64,000 nt of DNA from Antedon mediterranea (Eukaryota; Animalia; Echinodermata): NCBI RefSeq assembly GCF_964355755.1, contig NC_092676.1, forward strand, positions 22,462,871 through 22,526,870, given 5' to 3'. The position numbers were made by a program, and so were the translations under genes. Below are positions 25,701 through 38,045 of this stretch, piece after piece. Below the pieces are notes generated by a model that searched no databases, was not told the DNA's origin, and saw only the letters and a list, made by a program, of their open reading frames with translations. How positions within the stretch are numbered: the first letter of the stretch is position 1; the number at the start of each line of letters is the position of its first letter.

Positions 25701-28700
25701 ATATAGTGAAATTTGATACTGTATTTGTGAGAAAACGGCGGATTGTTCCTTAGAGTCACTTGGTGGGATTATACTAGGGTACCCCCTTAGTCGTCCAGTA
25801 TAAGTTAGAGTGGGACCACTGGTCCCGTTTACTCAGCCCTCATCTTTTAAATTTGAGTGTAACTCATTTACGATTTTTAAAATATAGTAAAATTTGATAC
25901 TGTATTTGTGAGAAAACGGCGGATTGTTCCTGAGAGTCACTTGGTGGCATTATACTAGGGTGCCTCCTTAGTCGTCCAGTATAAGTTAGAGTGGGACCAC
26001 TGTCCCGTTTACTCAGCCCTCATCTTTTAAATTTGAGTGTAACTCATTTACGATTTTAAAAATATAGAGAAATTAGATACTGTATTTGTGAGAAAACGGC
26101 GGATTTTTCCTGGGAGTCACATGGTGGGATTATACTAAGGTACGTCCTTAGTCGTCCAGTATAAGTTAGAGTGCGACCACTGGTTCCGTTTACTCAGCCC
26201 TCATCTTTTAAATTTGAGTGTAACTCAATTACGATAAAAAAAATTAAAATATAGTGAAAATTGATACTGTATTTGTGAGAAAATGGCGGATTGTTCCTGG
26301 GAGTCACTTTGTGGGATTATACTAGGGTACCTCCTTAGTCGTCCAGTATTAGTTAGAGTGGGACCACTGGTCCGGTTTACTCAGCCCTCATCTTTAAAAT
26401 TTGAGTGTAACTCATTTACGATTTTTAAAATATAGTGAAATTTGATACTGTATTTGTGAGAAAATGGCGGATTGTTCCTTGGAGTCACTTGGTGGTATTA
26501 TACTAGGGTACCCCCTTAGTTGTCCAGTATAAGTTAGAGTGGGACCACTTGTCCCGTTTACTCAGCCCTCATCTTTAAAATTTGAGTGTAACTCATTTAC
26601 GATTTTTAAATTATAGTGAAATTTGAAACTGTATTTGTGAGAAAACGGCGGATTGTTCCTGAGAGTCACTTGGTGGGATTATACTAGGGTACACCGTACC
26701 CTTAGTCGTCCAGTATAAGTTATAGTGGGACCACTGGTCCCGTTTACTAAGCCCTCATCTTTAAAATTTGAGTGTAACTCATTTACGATTTTTAAAAATA
26801 TAGTGAAATTTGATACTGTATTTGTGAGAAAATGGCGGATTGTTCCTGGGAGTCACTTTGTGGGATTATACTAGGGTACCTTCTTAGTTGTCCAGTATAA
26901 GTTAGAGTGGGACCACTGGTCCCGTTTACTCAGCCCTCATCTTTAAAATTTGAGTGTAACTCATTTACGATTTTTAAAATATAGTGAAATTTGATACTGT
27001 ATTTGTGAGAAAACGGCGTATTGTTCCTTAGAGTCACTTGGTGGGATTATACTAGGGTACCCCCTTAGTCGTCCAGTGTAAGTTAGAGTGGGACCACTGG
27101 TCCCGTTTACTCAGCCCTCATCTTTTAAATTTGAGTGTAACTCATTTACGATTTTTAAAATATAGTAAAATTTGATACTGTATTTGTGAGAAAACGGCGG
27201 ATTGTTCCTGAGAGTCACTTGGTGGGATTATACTAGGGTGCCTCCTTAGTCGTCCAGTAGAAGTTAGAGTGGGACCACTGGTCCCGTTTACTCAGCCCTC
27301 ATCTTTTAAATTTGAGTGTAACTCATTTACGATTTTAAAAATATAGAGAAATTAGATACTGTATTTGTGAGAAAACGGCGGATTTTTCCTGGGAGTCACA
27401 TGGTGGGATTATACTAAGGTACGTCCTTAGTCGTCCAGTATAAGTTAGAGTGCGACCACTGGTTCCGTTTACTCAGCCCTCATCTTTTAAATTTGAGTGT
27501 AACTCAATTACGATAAAAAAATTTAAAATATAGTGAAAATTGATACTGTATTTGTGAGAAAATGGCGGATTGTTCCTGGGAGTCACTTGGTGGGATTATA
27601 CTAGGGTACCTCCTTAGTTGTCCAGTAGAAGTTAGAGTGGGACCACTGGTCCCGTTTACTCAGCCCTCATCTTTAACGTTTGAGTGTAACTCAATTACGA
27701 TTAATATTTTAAAATATAGTGAAATTTGATACTGTATTTGTGAGAAAATGGCGGATTGTTCCCGGGAGTCACTTGGTGTGATTATACTAGGGTAACTTCT
27801 TAGTTGTCCAGTTTAAGTTAGAGTGGGACCACTGGTCCCGTTTACTCAGCCCTTATCTTTAAAATTTGAGTGTAACTCAATTACGATTAATATTTTAAAA
27901 TATAGTGAAATTTGATACTGTATTTGTGAGAAAATGGTGGATTGTTCCTGGCAGTCACTTGGTGGGATTATACTAGGGTACCCCCTTAGTCGTCCAGTAT
28001 AAGTTAGAGTGGGACCACTGGTCCGGTTTACTCAGCCCTCATCTTTAAAATTTGAGTGTAACTCATTTACGATTTTAAAAATATAGTGAAATTTGATACT
28101 GTATTTGTGAGAAAATGGCGGATTGTTCCTGGGAGTCACTTGGTGGGATTATACTTGGGTACCCACTTAGTCGTCCAGTATAAGTTAGAGTGGGACCACT
28201 GGACCCGTTTACTCAGCCCTCATCTTTTAAATTTGAGTGTAACTCAATTACGATAAAAAAATTTAAAATATAGTGAAAATTGATACTGTATTTGTGAGAA
28301 AATGGCGGATTGTTCCTGGGAGTCACTTGGTGGGATTATACTAGGGTACCTCCTTAGTTGTCCAGTAGAAGTTAGAGTGGGACCACTGGTCCCGTTTACT
28401 CAGCCCTCATCTTTAACGTTTGAGTGTAACTCAATTACGATTAATATTTTAAAATATAGTGAAATTTGATACTGTATTTGTGAGAAAATGGCGGATTGTT
28501 CCCGGGAGTCACTTGGTGTGATTATACTAGGGTACCTTCTTAGTTGTCCAGTTTAAGTTAGAGTGGGACCACTGGTCCCGTTTACTCAGCCCTTATCTTT
28601 AAAATTTGAGTGTAACTCAATTACGATTAATATTTTAAAATATAGTGAAATTTGATACTGTATTTGTGAGAAAATGGCGGATTGTTCCTGGCAGTCACTT

Positions 28701-29378
28701 GGTGGGATTATACTAGGGTACCCCCTTAGTCGTCCAGTATAAGTTAGAGTGGGACCACTGGTCCGGTTTACTCAGCCCTCATCTTTAAAATTTGAGTGTA
28801 ACTCATTTACGATTTTAAAAATATAGTGAAATTTGATACTGTATTTGTGAGAAAATGGCGGATTGTTCCTGGGAGTCACTTGGTGGGATTATACTTGGGT
28901 ACCCACTTAGTCGTCCAGTATAAGTTAGAGTGGGACCACTGGTCCCGTTTACTCAGCCCTCATTTTTAAAATTTGAGTGTAACTCATTTACGATTTTTAA
29001 ATTATAGTGAAATTTGATACTGTATTTGTGAGAAAACGGCGGATTGTTTCTGGGAGTCACATGGTGGGATTATACTAGGGTACGTCATTAGTCGTCCAGT
29101 ATAAGTTAGAGTGCGACCACTGGTCCCGTTTACTCAGCCCTCATCTTTAAAATTTGAGTGTAACTCAATTATGATTTTTAAAATATAGTGAAATTTGAAA
29201 CTGTATTTGTGAAAAAACGGCGGATTGTTCCTGAGAGTCACTTGGTGGGATTGTACTAGGGTACCTCCTTGGTCGTCCAGTAAAAGTTAGAGTGGTACCA
29301 CTGGTTCCGTTTACTCAGCCCTCATCTTTTAAATTTGAGTGTAACTCATTTACGATTTTTAAAATATAGTGAAATTTG
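22783..29378 (+). repeat. ~181-bp satellite array, ~36 units, forward
   Basis: Unit starts tatttgtgagaaaatggcggattgttcc; first starts at 22783, 22965, 23146. Confidence 0.97.
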
Positions 29379-32300
29379 TACCAGTGGTCCCACTCTAAAC
29401 TATATTTTAAAAATCGTAAATGAGTTACACTCAAATTTTAAAGATGAGGGCTGAGTAAACGGAACCAGTGGTCCCACTCTAACTTCTACTGGACAACTAA
29501 GGAGGTACCCTAGTATAATTCCACCAAGTGACTCCAAGGAACAATCCGCCATTTTCTCACAAATACAGTATCAATTTTCACTATATTTTAAATTTTTTTA
29601 CCGTAATTGAGTTACACTCAAATTTAAAAGATGAGGGCTGAGTAAACGGAACCAGTGGTCGCACTCTAACTTATACTGGACGACTAAGGACGTACCTTAG
29701 TATAATGCCACCATTTGACTCCCAGGAACAATCCGCCGTTTTCTCACAAATACAGTATCAAAATTCACTATATTTTTAAAATCGTAAATGAGTTACACTC
29801 AAATTTTAAAGATGAGGGCTGAGTAAACGGGACCAGTGGTCCCACTCTAACTTATACTGGACAACTAAGGAGGTACCCTAGTATAATCCCACCAAGTGAC
29901 TCTCTGGAACAATCCGCCGTTTTCTCACAAATACAGTTTCAAATTTTACTATATTTTAAAAATCGTAAATGAGTTACACTCAAATTTTAAAGATGAGGGC
30001 TGAGTAAACGGGACCAGTGGTCCCACTCTAACTTATACTGCACAACTAAGGGGGTACCCTAGTATAATCCCACCAAGTGGCTCCCAGGAACAATCCGCCA
30101 TTTTCCCACAAATACAGTATCAAATTTCACTATATTTTAAAATATTAATCGTAAATGAGTTACACTCAAATTTTAAAGATAAGGGCTGAGTAAACGGGAC
30201 CAGTGGTCCCACTCTAACTTAAACTGGACCACTAAGGAGGTACCCTAGTATAATCCCACCAAGTGACTCTCGGGAACAATCCGCCATTTTCTCACAAATA
30301 CAGTATCAAATTTCACTATATTTTACAATATTAATCGTAATTGAGTTACACTCAAACGTTAAAGATGAGGGCTGAATAAACGGGACCAGTGGTCCCACTC
30401 TAACTTCTACTGGACAACTAAGGAGGTACCCTAGTATAATCCCACCAAGTGACTCCAAGGAACAATCCGCCATTTTCTCACAAATACAGTATCAATTTTC
30501 ACTATATTTTAAAATGTTTTACCGTAATTGAGTTACACTCAAATTTTAAAGATAAGGGCTGAGTAAACGGGACCAGTGGTCCCACTCTAACTTAAACTGG
30601 ACAACTAAGGAGGTACCCTAATATAATCCCACCGAGTGACTCTCGGGAACAATCCGCCATTTTCTCACAAATACAGTATCAAATTTCACTATATTTTAAA
30701 ATATTATTCGTAATTGAGTTACACTCAAACGTTAAAGATGATGGCTGAGAAAACGGGACCAGTGGTCCCACTCTAACTTCTACTGGACGACTAAGGACGT
30801 ACCTTAGTATAATGCCACCATGTGACTCCCAGGAACAATCCGCCGTTTTCTCACAAATACAGTATCAAATTTCACTATATTTTTAAAATCGTAAATGAGT
30901 TACACTCAAATTTTAAAGATGAGGGCTGAGTAAACGGGACCAGTGGTCCCACTCTAACTTATATTGGACGACTAAGGGGGTACCCTAGTATAATCCCACC
31001 AAGTGACTTTCAGGAACAATCCGCTGTTTTCTCACAAATACAGTATCAAATTTCACTATTTTTTAAAAATCGTAAATGAGTTACACTCAAATTTTAAAGA
31101 TGAGGGCTGAGTAAACGAGACCAGTGGTCCCACTCTAACTTATACTGGACAACTAAGGAGGTACCCTACTATAATCCCACCAAGTGACTCTCAGGAACAA
31201 TCCGCCGTTTTCTCACAAATACAGTTTCAAATTTTACTATATTTTAAAAATCGTAAATGAGTTACACTCAAATTTTAAAGATGAGGGCTGAGTAAACGGG
31301 ACCAGTGGTCCCACTCTAACTTATACTGCACAACTAAGGGCGTACCCTAGTATAATCCCACCAAGTGGCTCCCAGGAACAATCCGCCTTTTTCTCACAAA
31401 TACAGTATCAAATTTCACTATATTTTAAAATATTAATCGTAAATGAGTTACACTCAAATTTTAAAGATAAGGGCTGAGTAAACAGGACCAGTGGTCCCAC
31501 TCTAACTTAAACTGGACAACTAAGGAGGTACCCTAGTATAATCCCACCAAGTGACTCTCGGGAAAAATCCGCCATTTTCTCACAAATACAGTATCAAATT
31601 TCACTATATTTTAAAATATTAATCGTAATTGAGTTACACTCAAACGTTAAAGATGAGGGCTGAGTAAACGGAACCAGTGGTCGCATTCTAACTTATACTG
31701 GACGACTAAGGACGTACCTTAGTATAATGCCACCATGTGACTCCCAGGAACAATCCGCCGTTTTCTCACAAATACAGTATCAAATTTCACTATATTTTTA
31801 AAATCGTAAATGAGTTACACTCAAATTTTAAAGATGAGGGCTGAGTAAACGGGACCAGTGGTCCCACTCTAACTTATAATGCACAACTAAGGGGGTACCC
31901 TAGTATAATTTCACCAAGTGGCTCCCAGGAACAATCCGCCATTTTCTCACAAATACAGTATCAAATTTCACTATATTTTAAAATATTAATCGTAAATGAG
32001 TTACACTCAAATTTTAAAGATAAGGGCTGAGTAAACGGGACCAGTGGTCCCACTCTAACTTAAACTGGACAACTAAGGAGGTACCTTAGTATAATCCCAC
32101 CAAGTGACTCTCGGGAACAATCCGCCATTTTCTCACAAATACAGTATCAAATTTCACTTATTTTACAATATTAATCGTAATTGAGTTACACTCAAACGTT
32201 AAAGATGAGGGCTGAGTAAACGGGACCAGTGGTCCTACTCTAACTTCTACTGGACAACTAAGGAGGTACCCTAGTATAATCCCACCAAGTGACTCCAAGG

Positions 32301-35300
32301 AAAAATCCGCCATTTTCTCACAAATACAGTATCAATTTTCACTATATTTTAAAATGTTTTACCGTAATTGAGTTACACTCAAATTTTAAAGATAAGGGCT
32401 GAGTAAACGGGACCAGTGGTCCCACTCTAACTTAAACTGGACAACTAAGGAGGTACCCTAGTATAATCCCACCAAGTGACTCTCGGGAACAATCCGCCAT
32501 TTTCTCACAAATACAGTATCAAATTTCACTATATTTTAAAATATTAATCGTAATTGAGTTACACTCAAACGTTAAAGATGAGGGCTGAGTAAACGGGACC
32601 AGTGGTCCCACTCTAACTTCTACTGGACGACTAAGGACGTACCTTAGTATAATGCCACCATGTGACTCCCAGGAACAATCCGCCGTTTTCTCACAAATAC
32701 AGTATCAAATTTCACTATATTTTTAAAATCGTAAATGAGTTACACTCAAATTTTAAGGATGAGGGCTGAGTAAACGGGACCAGTGGTCCCACTCTAACTT
32801 ATACTGGACAACTAAGGAGGTACCCTAGTATAATCCCACCAAGTGACTCTCGGGAACAATCCGCCGTTTTCTCACAAATACAGTTTCAAATTTTACTATA
32901 TTTTAAAAATCGTAAATGAGTTACACTCAAATTTTAAAGATGGGGGCTGAGTAAACGGAACCAGTGGTCCCACTCTAACTTATACTGCACAACTAAGCGG
33001 GTACCCTAGTATAATCCCACCAAGTGGCTCCCAGGAACAATCTGCCATTTTCTCACAAATACAGTATCAAATTTCACTATATTTTAAAATATTAATCGTA
33101 AATGAGTTACACTCAAATTTAAAAGATGAGGGCTGAATAAACGGGACCAGTGGTCCCACTCTAACTTATACTGGACTACTAAGGAGTCACCCTAGTATAA
33201 TCCCACCAAGTGACTCTCAGGAACAATCCGCCGTTTTCTCACAAATACAGTATCAAATTTCACTATATTTTAAAAATCGTAAATGAGTTACACTCAAATG
33301 TTAAAGATGAGGGCTGAGTAAACGGGACTAGTGGTCCCACTCTAACTTATACTGGACAACTAAGGAGGTACCCTAGTATAATCCCACCAAGTGACTCCCA
33401 GGAACAATCCGCCATTTTCTCACAAATACAGTATCAAATTTCACTATATTTTAAAATATTAATCGTAATTGAGTTACACTCAAACGTTAAAGATGAGGGC
33501 TGAGTAAACGGGACCAGTGGTCCCACTCTAACTTCTACTGAACAACTAAGGAGGTACCTTAGTATAATCCCACCAAGTGAATCCAAGGAACAATCCGCCA
33601 TTTTCTCACAAATACAGTATCAATTTTCACTATATTTTAAAATTTTTTACAGTAATTGAGTTACACTCAAATTTAAAACATGAGGGCTGAGTAAACGGAA
33701 CCAGTGGTCGCACTCTAACTTATACTGGACGACTAAGGACGTACCTTAGTATAATGCCACCATGTGACTCCCAGGAACAATCCGCCGTTTTCTCACAAAT
33801 ACAGTATCAAATTTCACTATATTTTTAAAATCGTAAATGAGTTACACTCAAATTTTAAAGATGAGGGCTGAGTAAACGGGACCAGTGGTCCCACTCTAAC
33901 TTATACTGGACAACTAAGGAGGTACCCTAGTATAATCCCACCAAGTGACTCTCAGGAACAATCCACCGTTTTCTCACAAATACAGTTTCAAATTTTACTA
34001 TATTTTAAAAATCGTAAATGAGTTACACTCAAATTTTAAAGATGAGGGCTGAGTAAACGGGACCCGTGGTCCCACTCTAACTTATACTGCACAACTAAGG
34101 GGGTACCCTAGTATAATCTCACCAAGTGGCTCCCAGGAACAATCCGCCATTTTCTCACAAATACAGTATCAAATTTCACTATATTTTAAAATATTAATCG
34201 TAAATGAGTTACACTCAAATTTTAAAGATAAGGGCTGAGTAAACGGGACCAGTGGTCCCACTCTAACTTAAACTGGACAACTAAGGAGGTACCCTAGTAT
34301 AATCCCACCAAGTGACTCTCGGGAACAATCCGCCATTTTCTCACAAATACAGTATCAAATTTCACTATATTTTACAATATTAATCGTAATTGAGTTACAC
34401 TCAAACGTTAAAGATGAGGGCTGAGTAAACGGGACCAGTGGTCCTACTCTAACTTCTACTGGACAACTAAGGAGGTACCCTAGTATAATCCCACCAAGTG
34501 ACTCCAAGGAAAAATCCGCCATTTTCTCACAAATACAGTATCAATTTTCACTATATTTTAAAATGTTTTACCGTAATTGAGTTACACTCAAATTTTAAAG
34601 ATAAGGGCTGAGTAAACGGGACCAGTGGTCCCACTCTAACTTAAACTGGACAACTAAGGAGGTACCCTAGTATAATCCCACCAAGTGACTCTTGGGAACA
34701 ATCCGCCATTTTCTCACAAATACAGTATCAAATTTCACTATATTTTAAAATATTAATCGTAATTGAGTTACACTCAAATGTTAAAGATGAGGGCTGAGTA
34801 AACGGGACCAGTGGTCCCACTCTAACTTCTACTGTACGACTAAGGACGTACCTTAGTATAATGCCACCATGTGACTCCCAGGAACAATCCGCCGTTTTCT
34901 CACAAATACAGTATCAAATTTCACTATATTTTTAAAATCGTAAATGAGTTACACTCAAATTTTAAAGATGAGGGCTGAGTAAACGGGACCAGTGGTCCCA
35001 CTCTAACTTATACTGGACAACTAAGGAGGTACCCTAGTATAATCCCACCAAGTGACTCTCGGGAACAATCTGCCATTTTCTCACAAATACAGTATCAAAT
35101 TTCACTATATTTTAAAATATTAATCGTAATTGAGTTACCCTCAAACGTTAAAGATGAGGGCTGAGTAAACGGGACCAGTGGTCCCACTCTAACTTCTACT
35201 GGACAACTAAGGAGGTACCCTAGTATAATCCCACCAAGTGACTCCAAGGAAAAATCCGCCATTTTCTCACAAATAGGCCTACAGTATCAATTTTCACTAT

Positions 35301-36374
35301 ATTTTAAAATGTTTTACCGTAATTGAGTTACACTCAAATTTAAAAGATGAGGGCTGAGTAAACGGAACCAGTGGTCGCACTCTAACTTATACTGGACGAC
35401 TAAGGGCGTACCTTAGTATAATGCCACCATGTGACTCCCAGGAACAATCCGCCGTTTTCTCACAAATACAGTATCTATTTTCACTATATTTTTTAAATCG
35501 TAAATGAGTTACACTCAAATTTAAAAGATGAGGGCTGAGTAAACGGGACCAGTGGTCCCACTCTAACTTATACTGGACTACTAAGGAGGCACCCTAGTAT
35601 AATCCCACCAAGTGACTCTCAGGAACAATCCGCCGTTTTCTCACAAATACAATATCAAATTTCACTATATTTTAAAAATCGTAAATGAGTTACACTCAAA
35701 TGTTAAAGATGAGGGCTGAGTAAATGGGACCAGTGGTCCCACTCTAACTTATACTGGACAACTAAGGAGGTACCCTAGTATAATCCCACCAAGTGACTCC
35801 CAGGAACAATCCGCCATTTTCTCACAAATACAGTATCAAATTTCACTATATTTTTTAAATCGCAAATGAGTTACACTCAAATTTAAAAGATGAGGGCTGA
35901 GTAAATGGTACCAGTGGTCTCACTCTAACTTATAGTGTACGACTAAGGAGGTATCCTAGTATAATCCCACCAAGTGACTCCCAGGAACAATCCGCCATTT
36001 TCTCACCAATACAGTTTCAAATTTAACTATATTTTAAAAATTGTAATTGAGTTACACTCAAATTTTAAAGATGAGGGCTGAGTAAACGGGACCAGTGGTC
36101 GCACTCTAACTTATACTGGACGACTAAGGGGGTACCCTAGTATAATCCCACCAAGTGACTCCCAGGAACAATCCGCCATTTTCTCACAAATACAGTTTCA
36201 AATTTAACTATATTTTAAAAATTGTAATTGAGTTACACTCAAATTTTAAAGATGAGGGCTGAGTAAACGGGACCATTGGTCCCACTCTAACTTATACTGG
36301 ACGACTAAGGGGGTACCCTAGTATAATCCCACCTAGTGAATCCCAGGAACAATCCGCCGTTTTTCTCACAAATA
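29379..36374 (-). repeat. ~181-bp satellite array, ~38 units, reverse
   Basis: Reverse complement of the same unit. Confidence 0.97.
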
Positions 36375-37237
36375 TTTAATTCCTAATACCATAAAAGCCA
36401 TAAGTAACAATGAAAATGTAAAGAATGCACAAACGGCGTTTCATAGTTATTGTTGGCTGGAAAAAATAAAAGTGGGCTGGCTTATTGTTGGCTGGCTTAT
36501 TGTTGGCTAGCTTGACACAAGCTCGATCGTAGACGTGACACAACAACATACACACCGCCCCCGCCGAAAGGTTTTGAGAGGCAAGTACTTCTCTATAGAG
36601 CGCCATTTATGCCTTTAGAAATAGAAAGAAAGAAGGAATTGTAATATCTGTTCATATGTTATAAACAATGTGCTTCAGGTAGACTTAATTTGGAGCACAG
36701 TGAAATAAACAAATACAAAAACATTCAGAACTAATGTTTCTAGAATTAAAAAATATTTTTTATACTTGGTATAGGCCTATGTTCAATATTGGTTACTTCA
36801 TCCGTAATGCAACAGAAAAATAAGTCTTGATTTTAGTAATTTTGCGTTCGTTTAAAATGTATATTTATGATAGAACATACAATTCCAACACATTTTTTAA
36901 ACTTAATTTTTTATCATCATAAAATAATTTTCCTACACATTTGAAATGTGGTAGTATACGTTCAATAGGCCTAGGTTACTACACGTTCAATATGTTACTG
37001 ACATCATTCACATCGTTAACAGATGTTTTTTTATGATCGCTAAAGTTGTAAAAAAAATGTGTTGGAATTGTAAGTTAATTGTTCTTTTATAAGTCTTAGA
37101 CAAACGCAGGTTATTAAAATCACTATTTTTTCTTTTGCATTACGGATGGAGTAACCGATATTGAATTCATGTACTAAGTTTGAAATATTTTTGAATTCGA
37201 AGTATTTTTTCTCGAAGTTTTTATATGTTACTATTTC

Positions 37238-37662
37238 GTTGTGCTCCACTGGTGGCGCCAAATTGGATCCACTGGAGCACAGTGTGTTAACAAACCAAAA
37301 GATATTTTAATTAGCGACTTTATTTCAATTTTCACTGTGCTCGTGCCAACTTGGGTCCATTGTGAGCATATAAATATAAGCATACGAAAAAATATTGCAA
37401 TTTAGTGACTTATTCCTATTTTGTATCACTGTACTCCACTGGTGCTAAATTGGGTCCGCTGGAGCACAGTGTATTAACATACGAAAAATATATTAAAATT
37501 TAGTTACTTTATTTCTATGTTATTATCACTGTGCTCCACTAGCGCCAAATTGGATTCACTTGAGCATTGTGTATAACATACGAAAAGATATTAACATTTA
37601 GTGACTTTATTTCTATTTTTTATCACTGTGCTCCACACCGGTGCCAAATTGGGTCCACTGAA
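37238..37662. repeat. ~95-bp tandem repeat, ~5 copies, each with an internal hairpin
   Basis: cactgtgctccact...aaattgggtccactggagcacagtg recurs. Confidence 0.8.
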
Positions 37663-38045
37663 CCAGTTACCGTAGTAGGCTACTATTTCTATTTCAGAAG
37701 TTAATAAAGGCATAAATGGATGAATGACGTTCTGAATATACCTCACACAACACCTTGTTACTCAACCATAAAGATAGTATTAGTGATCTTTGATCTTTCG
37801 TCGTTGCTTTACAATTATTCTAGTAGGCCTATCGCCGGAGAGTGCAGCCCTTTGTCAATCAAATGACGTCACAATTTAGTATAGCGCGATTCGTGGACGT
37901 GACCGGTAATAAAAGTTTGTAGCCGGCCCGCACTACTTATTTCTGTTAGAACGGGGGTTAGAACAAACGTCAGTTCTGAGTTAGTTTGTTGTATCTTCTG
38001 TAAAGTTTTTGGATACTCTAAAAGTTGTCGGCAGAAACTTTACCA

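Larger units (their letters stand above)
22635..36522. mobile_element. Giant non-coding foldback transposon (MULE/FB-like) made of inverted satellite arrays
   Basis: TSD TCGATCGTA (22626-22634 and 36523-36531). Matching ~150-bp outer TIRs GCTTGTGTCAAGCTAGCCAAC.... Forward and reverse 181-bp arrays meet at ~29371-29398. Confidence 0.93.

Noticed and set aside
22783-36374. CRISPR-like array
   Set aside because: Whole ~181-bp units are repeated with no unique spacers; the context is eukaryotic and there are no cas genes.
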